The translations under genes were made by a program, and so were the position numbers. From a virus (Duplodnaviria > Caudoviricetes), in the IMG/VR virus record IMGVR_UViG_3300046710_000414, positions 1-46,303 of that record: DNA of 46,303 nucleotides. One strand, written 5' to 3'. Below are positions 9,022 through 17,343 of the stretch, piece after piece (positions within the stretch are counted from its first letter, which is position 1; the number at the start of each line of letters is the position of its first letter). The notes below the pieces were generated by a model. It worked only from the letters and a program-made list of their open reading frames with translations, was not told the origin of the DNA and ran no database searches.

Positions 9022-9909
9022 ATGGAAGGACAGAATCAAATTTCCAATGAGCTAAAACAGCAGATCATTGGAGATTACATTAAGACTGCTTCTGGTCGTG
9101 CGAAACTCGCAGCGTCTATGATACAGCCTTTGCGTCTTCGTAGAGATTATACGTCAGTTGCACGTAAAGCTTTTCTCGTAGAGCAGCTCCCTGATGGTGC
9201 GCTGCCAATTTACGACAAAGATCCTAACGTTACAGCTTTCGTTGTCGGAGAAGAAGGTGAAAACATTTTGGCGATTACAAAACCTCGCCGTGTGATATTC
9301 CCTCTTTTCGAAATAGCATCAAACCCTGAACTGCCTTTGACACAGATCAAAGAACGTCGTTTTGACCTTATCGAACGCGCACAGGATTTGGCAAAAGCTC
9401 AGATCCAAGCTGCTGAAGATGCACGTGCCTTTGATGTTATGGATGCTGTTTCTCAGTTTGGTTTCGACAATCTTGGAAGTGCATATGTAAACGCACAGAT
9501 CAATGCTGTTGCGCCTCTTACACCTGCAAACTTGATTGACGCTTTCGCACGTATTGAGACTCATGATCTTCGAGTTGCTCGTATTTTCATGAACGCTCTT
9601 GACTTTGCAGATTTAAGAAAATGGGGACGTGATGTTCTTGATATTGAAACTCAAGGAACATTACTCAAGAGTGGTCTGCTTGGTACCGTTTGGGGTGCTC
9701 AGATCATTGTCAGCAGAAAAGTAAATCCTGGTTATGCTTATGTTTGCGCAGAGCCAGAATTTTTCGGTCGTATCCCCGTGAGAACCGAACTTACGGTTTT
9801 GTCAGCAGATGATCCCAAAGCAAGACGCATTGGATTTTCAGTGTTCGAGAACCTCGGAATTGGATGTCATAACCCACTTGCAATTACCAGGGTTAAAATA
9901 GCTAGATAA
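9022..9909 (+). CDS. Major capsid protein (HK97 fold)
   Basis: MIQPLRLRRDY...LPDGALPIYDKD...LFEIASNP...AQIQAAED...LGTVWGAQII resembles MCPs of large myoviruses (reminiscent of mycobacteriophage Bxz1-type MCP); high-expression codons; AAGGAGG favours ATG 9022. Confidence 0.9.
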   Translation: MEGQNQISNELKQQIIGDYIKTASGRAKLAASMIQPLRLRRDYTSVARKAFLVEQLPDGALPIYDKDPNVTAFVVGEEGENILAITKPRRVIFPLFEIASNPELPLTQIKERRFDLIERAQDLAKAQIQAAEDARAFDVMDAVSQFGFDNLGSAYVNAQINAVAPLTPANLIDAFARIETHDLRVARIFMNALDFADLRKWGRDVLDIETQGTLLKSGLLGTVWGAQIIVSRKVNPGYAYVCAEPEFFGRIPVRTELTVLSADDPKARRIGFSVFENLGIGCHNPLAITRVKIAR

Positions 9910-9930
9910 TAACTTAACTCATTATCTATT

Positions 9931-9967
9931 AAGGGGTTGTAGTATATATTTACTACAACCCTTTTTT
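9931..9967 (+). terminator. Rho-independent terminator after MCP
   Basis: GGGTTGTAGTA-tatatt-TACTACAACCC followed by a T run. Confidence 0.9.
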
Positions 9968-10067
9968 ATTTTAGGTAAACTTAACTCTATCAGATAAGTA
10001 AACTTATATCTATAGCTAAAAAGCACAAGTATTTAGGTTCATCAGAATTTAATTACTAATAAATAAT

Positions 10068-10096
10068 TTGACATACCCAAAGTTTTAATGTATACT
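10068..10096 (+). promoter_or_regulatory. Sigma70/SigA-type promoter
   Basis: TTGACA-17 nt-TATACT directly upstream of the 911-aa ORF. Confidence 0.85.
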
Positions 10097-10121
10097 TTAG
10101 ATATGTATACTATATAATTAA

Positions 10122-12857
10122 ATGGGGATGTGTATGGAATATAAATTTTCAGAATTAAATGAAGATACTCTTCGCAAACTTTATTTGGATTTTGGCTTTA
10201 GAGCAAAAGAGATAGGCACAATTATTGGTGTTACTGAAAGCGCAATTTTATTTAGCCTTAAAAAATTTAAAATACCCACAAATCCCCGTGGATATCTTAA
10301 AAAAGATATCCAGGTAGTGTATACTGGAATTAATAAAGCAGTGAAGAAAACTCTTACGGATGATCTGCTAAAAGAATTTACTGATAGGGGTATGTCCGAT
10401 GTAGACATAGGACGTATGTTTAATTTAACTGGTGAGGGTGTAGCTTATCATAGAAATAAGCTAGGCATAAAGGCTAAGGGTTTGGATTACAAAAGAAAAG
10501 AAATAAATCATAGTAGAGGTTTAAAAGATGTTAAGGAGCTTACACGAGAAGAATTAATAAATGAATTAATAGCATATAGAGGAATAAAAGGTGTAGCACG
10601 TAAGTATAGCACAACTTTTAGTACTTTAAAGGAACTCATAAATTCATACAATTTAAATAGAGATAGTGTTTTGTCTGATCATATTAATCTAACTGAGCTT
10701 CATAAAAAAGTTATAATAGGGGGGCTTTTAGGGGATGGCGGGATTTATGACGGGGGTATAAGAGGCTTTTACTATAAAGAATCACATAGTATTATGCAGA
10801 TAGATTATGTAAAATGGAAAGTATCTCTTTTAAAGGATATCATTAATAATGACTTATATTATGAAGAAAAAATATCAGAGTTAAACACTATGAGTTACCT
10901 TGTTGGATTTAGAACTAGCAAATATGCTGAGTTATCTTTTTATAGGGACCAATTCTATAAATATATAGAGGGTCATTTTATAAAAACTATACCCAGCAAA
11001 TTTATTGAAGATATAGATCCTTTAACATTCTCTATATGGTTCTTTGATGATGGGGGATTGGCAAATAATACCCTCCCCTATGTTTGTTCTGGCTCTTCTG
11101 TAGAAGATATTCAAAAAGCATCTAGTATACTTAATGATAAATTTGGGCTTGATTCTTATGTAGGGGAAAAAAGAATAAGTAACTGTAGCTTACTTTATTT
11201 TTCTAATATCCCCAAATTTTTTGATCTTATTAAGGGGTATATTCTCCCATGCTTTTATTATAAGATACCTTTAAGCTGCAGATTTGATATACCTGAGTTA
11301 GATAGTAGTGTCCATAAATTACCCAGTATAATATCTGAGTATACCCCCCAAAAGTGGCGGGATCTTCCTATTATAGAAAAGAGAGAATGGATTGATAATG
11401 TCATAAAGTACTATACTTTTATTGGTTTTCCATACTATGAAATAAGAGGGAAAGATAAAATAAATGCTATCCTGAATAACCTGAATAATCAGGATATTCA
11501 AAAAGAGGTTTTGTCATCAGGTATGTTCAATAAAGTATCTTATATAGGTACTGATTTAGCAAGTGCACATTTCCCCCATATGTGGGCTGCTAAAATCAGG
11601 GGAAAAAGAAGTGTATATAATAACTATCTAGATAGTAAAAGATTTAGAACTGTTATTGAAAAAGTATTTAAATATCGAAATACTCTTTCTGAAGCAGCTA
11701 TACGGTCTGAATTAAGACATGGCTCTACTGTTCAGAATTTTAAGCCACTGATAGCCAAGACGCTATATGATATCTATTGCCCTCCTAATGGCTCTGTCTA
11801 TGATTATTCCGCAGGATATGGGGGCAGATTATTAGGAGCTTGTGCTTCAAAAAATGTTAGCACATATACATGTACTGATCCTTGCCAGCAGACATTTTTT
11901 GGATTAAGAAAGTTACAGCGGTTGTTGAATGGATATTATCTTGATAAGGAGATAAAGATATTTAATTCCTGTGCAGAAGACCCCTCTTTTTATTTGGGTT
12001 TAAATAAAGTAGATATGTGTTTTAGTTCCCCCCCATATTTTGACACTGAAAAATATTCGGAAGAAGATACGCAGAGTTATAAAAGATATCCAAAGATAGA
12101 TCAGTGGCATAAATCTTTTTTAATCCCTATGATTAATAACTGCTGTAATATTCTAAAAGATGGTGGCTATTTTTTAATGAATATAGCTGATTCTGGTGGG
12201 TATAAGTTACAGAAGATGGCTTATGAGGGCTTATCATCACAATTACTATATGATAGAACAATATTAATAAGAATGCCAAGTTATTTTTCGGAAGATAAGT
12301 ATGAGCCTATTTTTGTTTTTAAAAAAGTGCCAGTAATAAAAAATCCATCTTATGAAGAAATTACAAGTACTTGGGAGTATGAAAGTACAAATAGTAATGA
12401 CATTGAGTTAGTAAGAATCACAAATAAGGATAAAAATTTATTTTCTGATATAGATAAAAAGAATGCCATTGAATATATGCAAATTTTATATAAAGAAAAT
12501 ATTAAACCAAGCCGAAATAGTATTAAAAACGTAATTTTTAATAAATTCCCCTATTCCGTTAGTAGAATAGAAAAAGCTTTTGGTAGCTGGAATTCTTTTT
12601 TATTGGAATGTGGTATTCAGCCCATTTATGAAGCTAAGGATTCTGTAGAGCATGTTAAAGATTATTTTAATGCTTGTATAGAGCACAGTAGTGTATTAAG
12701 TTTTTATGAATATGAAAAAGCTACAGGGCATCCAAGTACAAGATTAAAAAGACTTTTTAACAAAGATAAAAAGTACCATCATCTCAAAGAAAACTTACAG
12801 CAGACAGCTTTGAATCAGAATGCCTGGGAAGAGTTCTTTAAAAATTTTATAGACTAG
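10122..12857 (+). CDS. HTH + LAGLIDADG endonuclease + amino-DNA methyltransferase fusion
   Basis: N-terminal HTH-like repeats; IIGGLLGDG and IWFFDDG LAGLIDADG motifs; SAM motif DYSAGYGG; catalytic SPPYF; C-terminal FGSWN homing-endonuclease-associated repeat. Start could be 10134. Confidence 0.85.
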   Translation: MGMCMEYKFSELNEDTLRKLYLDFGFRAKEIGTIIGVTESAILFSLKKFKIPTNPRGYLKKDIQVVYTGINKAVKKTLTDDLLKEFTDRGMSDVDIGRMFNLTGEGVAYHRNKLGIKAKGLDYKRKEINHSRGLKDVKELTREELINELIAYRGIKGVARKYSTTFSTLKELINSYNLNRDSVLSDHINLTELHKKVIIGGLLGDGGIYDGGIRGFYYKESHSIMQIDYVKWKVSLLKDIINNDLYYEEKISELNTMSYLVGFRTSKYAELSFYRDQFYKYIEGHFIKTIPSKFIEDIDPLTFSIWFFDDGGLANNTLPYVCSGSSVEDIQKASSILNDKFGLDSYVGEKRISNCSLLYFSNIPKFFDLIKGYILPCFYYKIPLSCRFDIPELDSSVHKLPSIISEYTPQKWRDLPIIEKREWIDNVIKYYTFIGFPYYEIRGKDKINAILNNLNNQDIQKEVLSSGMFNKVSYIGTDLASAHFPHMWAAKIRGKRSVYNNYLDSKRFRTVIEKVFKYRNTLSEAAIRSELRHGSTVQNFKPLIAKTLYDIYCPPNGSVYDYSAGYGGRLLGACASKNVSTYTCTDPCQQTFFGLRKLQRLLNGYYLDKEIKIFNSCAEDPSFYLGLNKVDMCFSSPPYFDTEKYSEEDTQSYKRYPKIDQWHKSFLIPMINNCCNILKDGGYFLMNIADSGGYKLQKMAYEGLSSQLLYDRTILIRMPSYFSEDKYEPIFVFKKVPVIKNPSYEEITSTWEYESTNSNDIELVRITNKDKNLFSDIDKKNAIEYMQILYKENIKPSRNSIKNVIFNKFPYSVSRIEKAFGSWNSFLLECGIQPIYEAKDSVEHVKDYFNACIEHSSVLSFYEYEKATGHPSTRLKRLFNKDKKYHHLKENLQQTALNQNAWEEFFKNFID

Positions 12858-12908
12858 GATATAAAATGAAGGCCATTAATTCTATAGCATTAGATTTTGA
12901 AGGGTAAC

Positions 12909-12941
12909 GGTATTGGGTATATAATCTAATACCCTTTTTTT
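12909..12941 (+). terminator. Rho-independent terminator
   Basis: GGTATTGGGT-atata-ATCTAATACC (two G-U pairs) then CTTTTTTT. Confidence 0.7.
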
Positions 12942-12947
12942 ATCGAA

Positions 12948-12964
12948 TAATAATACATTAATAT
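12948..12964 (+). promoter_or_regulatory. Putative late promoter TAATAATACATTAATAT
   Basis: Motif variant immediately after the terminator. Confidence 0.65.
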
Positions 12965-12977
12965 TTTTTTTAGTGTA

Positions 12978-13694
12978 ATGATGACTATAAAAAGTACACC
13001 AATAGAACTTATTTTTCGTCTACGGAGAATTGCGGCAGATTTAGAAGAGCATAACCGTAACTCCACGATATCTTCGGGTATCAAAGAAATATACGGTATT
13101 GATGTAGACCATAAAGCTGATTCGGAATGTCTTCAAGCTTTGTATAGTAGCCTTCAAAGAATATCCCCTGAAATTGTAAAGATGTGTGGTATAAAATCAC
13201 TGTCATTTGAGGATTTAGGCCCCTCTAAAGAATTTTACCCGAATCATGGGAAATATGTTAATAATACTCTTATTATGAATGATCAACTACTTAAAGATCC
13301 CTCAATAATTATTGATCCGGATAATGAGTCTATAATAAATAAATTTGATCATACTCTTTATCATGAGCTTGGTCATGGTTGGGATGAAGCCCAGGGAGAA
13401 GATGGTGATCTATCCCTTAAAGATGATTGGTTGAAATTGTCAGGATGGTCAAAGTATCCAAAACCAGGATTTAAAAGGATACATATTCATGAGAAGGGTA
13501 CTCCTGAGGTAGTAGGAGATTATTATTATTCGCCATTTGCTCGATTTACAAGATTTTATGCAAAGAGATCTCCTTGGGAAGATTGGGCGGATAGTTTCTC
13601 ATATTATCTTGGAGGAGCTAAAAGCTACTTACCAAAAGAAAAAATAACATATTTTGATAAGCTTTTAAAGAAATATCTTAAGGGTGGTAAATAA
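12978..13694 (+). CDS. Zincin-like metallopeptidase
   Basis: HELGH (HExxH) and downstream YAKRSPWEDWADSF third-ligand motif. Confidence 0.75.
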   Translation: MMTIKSTPIELIFRLRRIAADLEEHNRNSTISSGIKEIYGIDVDHKADSECLQALYSSLQRISPEIVKMCGIKSLSFEDLGPSKEFYPNHGKYVNNTLIMNDQLLKDPSIIIDPDNESIINKFDHTLYHELGHGWDEAQGEDGDLSLKDDWLKLSGWSKYPKPGFKRIHIHEKGTPEVVGDYYYSPFARFTRFYAKRSPWEDWADSFSYYLGGAKSYLPKEKITYFDKLLKKYLKGGK

Positions 13695-14272
13695 TGAGTA
13701 TATTAGGTAAATTGAATAAGATTGCTAATGTTCTTAGTGAACGTGGTTTTGATAAAGAGGCTTCAGAGTTAAGGGATATCAAGGAAGCCACTATTACAGG
13801 GTATCCTTTTTTTGGAGAAACCAAACATACCCCACGGATGTTAAATCAACCTGGTAAAGCTTTTCATGAACCTACTGATCCTAATATTAAGCCTTACGAA
13901 AAGGGAGATTTTGTTATTGAGCTGAATTCTTCTACTGGTAAAGAAGAGTTGATGATGTGGGATGGTAAGAGATTAGTTCCTAAAAAAGAAATTGAGAATA
14001 TGGTTGAAACAGGGGCTATGAGAGAAGAGCGATTGATTGGTCCATATAATAAAGCTACTCCTGATGTAAAAGCACAGATGAGACCTTTATTAGAATATGC
14101 AAAGAGTAAAGAAGCCTCAGGTAGTCTTCCTCCAAAGAATAGAATTGAATCATATTATCCTGCTGAGCGATTAGCAAATATTAAGATTTGCTTGGAAAAG
14201 CGGGGATACACATTATTGGCTAAAAAGTTAAAAATTGCTATGGATGAATATACAAAAACAGTTTCAGAATAA
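13694..14272 (+). CDS. Hypothetical protein (putative internal head protein)
   Basis: TAATG coupling; LNKIANVLSERGFDKEASEL and LANIKICLEKRGY helices at both ends. Confidence 0.75.
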   Translation: MSILGKLNKIANVLSERGFDKEASELRDIKEATITGYPFFGETKHTPRMLNQPGKAFHEPTDPNIKPYEKGDFVIELNSSTGKEELMMWDGKRLVPKKEIENMVETGAMREERLIGPYNKATPDVKAQMRPLLEYAKSKEASGSLPPKNRIESYYPAERLANIKICLEKRGYTLLAKKLKIAMDEYTKTVSE

Positions 14273-14295
14273 TATATAAAATATTGGAGAGCATT

Positions 14296-14547
14296 ATGAA
14301 TGGTTTATTCAATGATCCTGATGGCAAAGTAAGCATGATGCGTCTGATGTCTTTTGTAGTTTGTGTGGTTATTATGGCTATTTTTGCTGCACATAATATT
14401 GTTTCTATGGCAAAAGGCGGAGGCTTTGTATCATTAGGCCCTTCAGAGGCATTATTGATCGCGGGCGTCTTAGGTGCAAAAGCTGCCCAAGCTTTTTCGG
14501 AAAATAAGAGGATTCCTGACCGTGATTCACCTAAAACAGAGGAATAA
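14296..14547 (+). CDS. Small two-TM membrane protein, possible holin
   Basis: GKVSMMRLMSF followed by two hydrophobic stretches and a charged tail; GGAG RBS favours ATG 14296. Confidence 0.55.
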   Translation: MNGLFNDPDGKVSMMRLMSFVVCVVIMAIFAAHNIVSMAKGGGFVSLGPSEALLIAGVLGAKAAQAFSENKRIPDRDSPKTEE

Positions 14548-14549
14548 AG

Positions 14550-14747
14550 ATGCCTGATCCTAACAAGTATGATGGAGACAAGCAAAAATTTATGGGTGAT
14601 TGTATGCATCAATGTGTCCGCATTGAAAAAAAGGATAGAGATCAAAGTATCGCTCAATGTTTAAATATGTGGAGAGATAAGGATAAAAAGAAAAAGTGCG
14701 CTTCAGATATTATTAGAGAACTGTCCCGAGAATTACTTAGAATATGA
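14550..14747 (+). CDS. Small hypothetical protein
   Basis: MPDP...KFMGDCM...QSIAQCLNMW; coupled to the next gene by ATGA. Confidence 0.7.
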   Translation: MPDPNKYDGDKQKFMGDCMHQCVRIEKKDRDQSIAQCLNMWRDKDKKKKCASDIIRELSRELLRI

Positions 14748-16024
14748 TTCGTTTAATTACTTCCTATTTATCAGATAAAGATATTATTAAGGCTCCAAAG
14801 TCTGGTATTCCTGTTATTTTTCTTGGTGGGGATTGTCAGGATAACAGTTGGCGTAAAGAAATCGAGAAAGAATTTGGGGAAGACTTATACCTATTAGATC
14901 CTTTTGATAGGAATTATGATCCAGCAAAGAATACTTATAAAGAAGTAGCTGGGATGATAAATTCAGATTATGTTATTTTCTATAATGGTGGTAAGCAATC
15001 GGATAGGGAAAAGAAATTTCTTGAACTTATAGGTAGACGTAATGATTTAGTCAAGGAATTTGACAATATAGATAGTGTAAAAAAGTTTTTAAATAAGCTA
15101 AAGGAAAAAAACTTGAAAAGTATTAGCTCAAAAATAAGAAAGTGCGCGGATACACTTTCAAAAATGGCTATGCCTTTCGTATCTCCAGATAAAGGTATTT
15201 CAAAGGCTATAGATTTTAAATTTGAACGCTTGGATGCAGATTCCATCCCAAAAGTAGTGAATGATATTTTCTCTGGCAAGACTATAAGAATTCCAAAGTA
15301 TGATGAAGCTACTACAGGATTTAATTCATTTAATATTAAAAGTCTCTCTGATCCTGATAATTCTTTGGCATTTCTTAAGAATTATAAAGATATTGAGCAC
15401 GTAAAAAAAACATTTTCTAATCGCAATCCAGAATCAATTATCTTCACTTATGATGTACCTTCTAGCACTTATGTTGATGTACGTACAAAAGTTGCAAAAA
15501 CTGGAGTGAAGTACGATTATTCATGCACTAAAATCAATTTACCTGATGTCTTGTCTAAATCTATTATAAAATGGGGTATGGATAATGTACCGGGTAATAA
15601 ATTATATGTAGAAGGGGATAATTCAAAAGGTCGAGAGGATGATATCCATGTAACAGTGCTTTATGGGATTACAGATGATTCTCCTGTAAGGATTGCAAAG
15701 ATTATTGGAGAGATTAAACCTTTTGAAGTGCGTCTTGGTTTGATTAATGCATTTAAGGATAAAGAAGAATATGATGTTCTTAAGATTGAAGTAGAAGCTG
15801 GAGATCTTGAGAAATTGTATTATAATCTCGTAAAAAAGATAAAAAATGAAAGCACATTCCCGACATACAATCCCCATGTTACTGTCGCATATGTTAAGAA
15901 AGATTCCATGGACAAATTTATAGGGGATGAGACTTTTAAAGGTAAGACGTTTAAAGTAAATAATATAGTATTTTCTAATGGTAAAGATAGGGATAATGAA
16001 AAAAAGTTACCATTGAATATATAA
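14744..16024 (+). CDS. Nucleoside deoxyribosyltransferase-like domain fused to 2H phosphoesterase (Acb1/T4 57B-like)
   Basis: N-terminal IFLGG...SWR...LDP...SDYVIFY...S-x-x-E; C-terminal REDDIHVTVLYG (His 15647) and YNPHVTVAY (His 15875), two HxT motifs. Confidence 0.75.
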   Translation: MIRLITSYLSDKDIIKAPKSGIPVIFLGGDCQDNSWRKEIEKEFGEDLYLLDPFDRNYDPAKNTYKEVAGMINSDYVIFYNGGKQSDREKKFLELIGRRNDLVKEFDNIDSVKKFLNKLKEKNLKSISSKIRKCADTLSKMAMPFVSPDKGISKAIDFKFERLDADSIPKVVNDIFSGKTIRIPKYDEATTGFNSFNIKSLSDPDNSLAFLKNYKDIEHVKKTFSNRNPESIIFTYDVPSSTYVDVRTKVAKTGVKYDYSCTKINLPDVLSKSIIKWGMDNVPGNKLYVEGDNSKGREDDIHVTVLYGITDDSPVRIAKIIGEIKPFEVRLGLINAFKDKEEYDVLKIEVEAGDLEKLYYNLVKKIKNESTFPTYNPHVTVAYVKKDSMDKFIGDETFKGKTFKVNNIVFSNGKDRDNEKKLPLNI

Positions 16025-16067
16025 CATATAAATCAAATCATAATAACATAAAAAAGGAGATACATGT

Positions 16068-17342
16068 ATGTCAAATTTAAAGGAATACTCAGCGCTTCAG
16101 GATTTTACCATAAGTCTTGATAATGGTAAGACTTCTCTTTATGTAAAAAGAGGGGAGATTTTACAATTTGATGGTCTTAATGTGATCCTTCGTGGGGAGC
16201 AGGGTACAGCACGTTCATTGTCTAAAGTAGTAGGGGAGTGGATAGCTCTTACTGGAATATCAGTAAAACCTGTCGAGAAGCAGCTTGCATCTGTATCTCG
16301 TAATGCTACAGGGGGTAGAGTTGTAGAGCATAGTGATTACACTTCTGATCCTCTTGTTGGAATACAGAATCCTCCCAGTGATAGCATCGATAAACTTTTA
16401 AAGGGTTATGATAAAATACCTGAGATTAAAATGGTTAATGGTAAAAGAGAAGTTACCAGCGATCTGGATGATATTAAAAGAGAAGTTACTGTTGTTAACG
16501 AGGATGCCAATGAAGTTAGAAAAGTATCTGCTTATGATGGCGCTCCAGTTACAAATAAGGATAGCGTAGCCATTGGCAGCAATACTAATGCAAAAAGTGC
16601 AACGTTATCTCATGAAGGTAATGTTGCCAAAGCAACAAATTATACAGGTAAACAAGCCAGTACTGAGGATAGAAAAAAATTAACTATTGATTATGAATCA
16701 TCTGGTGTAGAAGTTCGTAAGACATCAAATAATAAAGGTAATGTAGCTAAAGCTCCCGTAAAGATGGAAACCTTTGCTACTGATGTAGAAGTTGCTGGAA
16801 CATCTTATCCATCGACACAAACAACTGATGTAGGGTCAAGTACTCAGGCTCAGATGGAACAACATAAGATTTCTGTTAATAAGGCTCCAGTTAAAAAAGC
16901 TCCTGCTAAGAAGGCTCCTGCTAAGAAGGCTCCGGTTAAAAAAGCCCCTGCTAAAATTACTTCTAATGCTCCTATTATGAATGTTACAGATTCAGTTGAA
17001 GAACTTATCGATAGTGCCCCTATTATAGTGGCTACTAAGCCCACAGTAGCTAAAGGAGTCACAGTTATTACTGAGGGTCAAGAAGCTGTTGTGATAAGTA
17101 AGGTATCCCGGGATACAAGATCGAGTATTCAAACTGAAGATGGGATCACTTCAAGAGTGACTGTGGGAGCTTCTGGTGAAGTTGATGCTGGTGAGGTTAC
17201 TTTTTCATCTAATAATGATTTTGAGGAACCTACCGCAGTGTATTCTTCAGGTGAAGATACCCCCTTTGATGCTTCAGAGGCAGAAGTAATTTATGCCAAG
17301 GATGATGATATTGATCTTAATGATCTTTTAGCGGAAGTGTAA
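16068..17342 (+). CDS. Hypothetical low-complexity protein with histone H1-like repeat
   Basis: AAGGAG RBS; KAP(V/A)K x5; acidic C-terminus. Confidence 0.75.
   Translation: MSNLKEYSALQDFTISLDNGKTSLYVKRGEILQFDGLNVILRGEQGTARSLSKVVGEWIALTGISVKPVEKQLASVSRNATGGRVVEHSDYTSDPLVGIQNPPSDSIDKLLKGYDKIPEIKMVNGKREVTSDLDDIKREVTVVNEDANEVRKVSAYDGAPVTNKDSVAIGSNTNAKSATLSHEGNVAKATNYTGKQASTEDRKKLTIDYESSGVEVRKTSNNKGNVAKAPVKMETFATDVEVAGTSYPSTQTTDVGSSTQAQMEQHKISVNKAPVKKAPAKKAPAKKAPVKKAPAKITSNAPIMNVTDSVEELIDSAPIIVATKPTVAKGVTVITEGQEAVVISKVSRDTRSSIQTEDGITSRVTVGASGEVDAGEVTFSSNNDFEEPTAVYSSGEDTPFDASEAEVIYAKDDDIDLNDLLAEV
16881..16955 (+). repeat. 15-nt coding tandem repeat x5 (KAP[V/A]K)
   Basis: aaggctccagttaaa/aaagctcctgctaag/aaggctcctgctaag/aaggctccggttaaa/aaagcccctgctaaa. 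Confidence 0.9.
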
Positions 17343-17343
17343 A

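Noticed and set aside
9022-9909. Encapsulin rather than phage capsid
   Set aside because: Portal, protease, scaffold and tail sheath context indicates a tailed phage.
10122-12857. LAGLIDADG as part of an intein in the methyltransferase
   Set aside because: No intein N-terminal block or HN-C/S/T junction flanks the domain.
12866-12907. Mini-ORF MKAINSIALDFEG as a displaced MCP C-terminus
   Set aside because: Similarity to CHNPLAITRVKIAR is too weak and the ORF too short to support.
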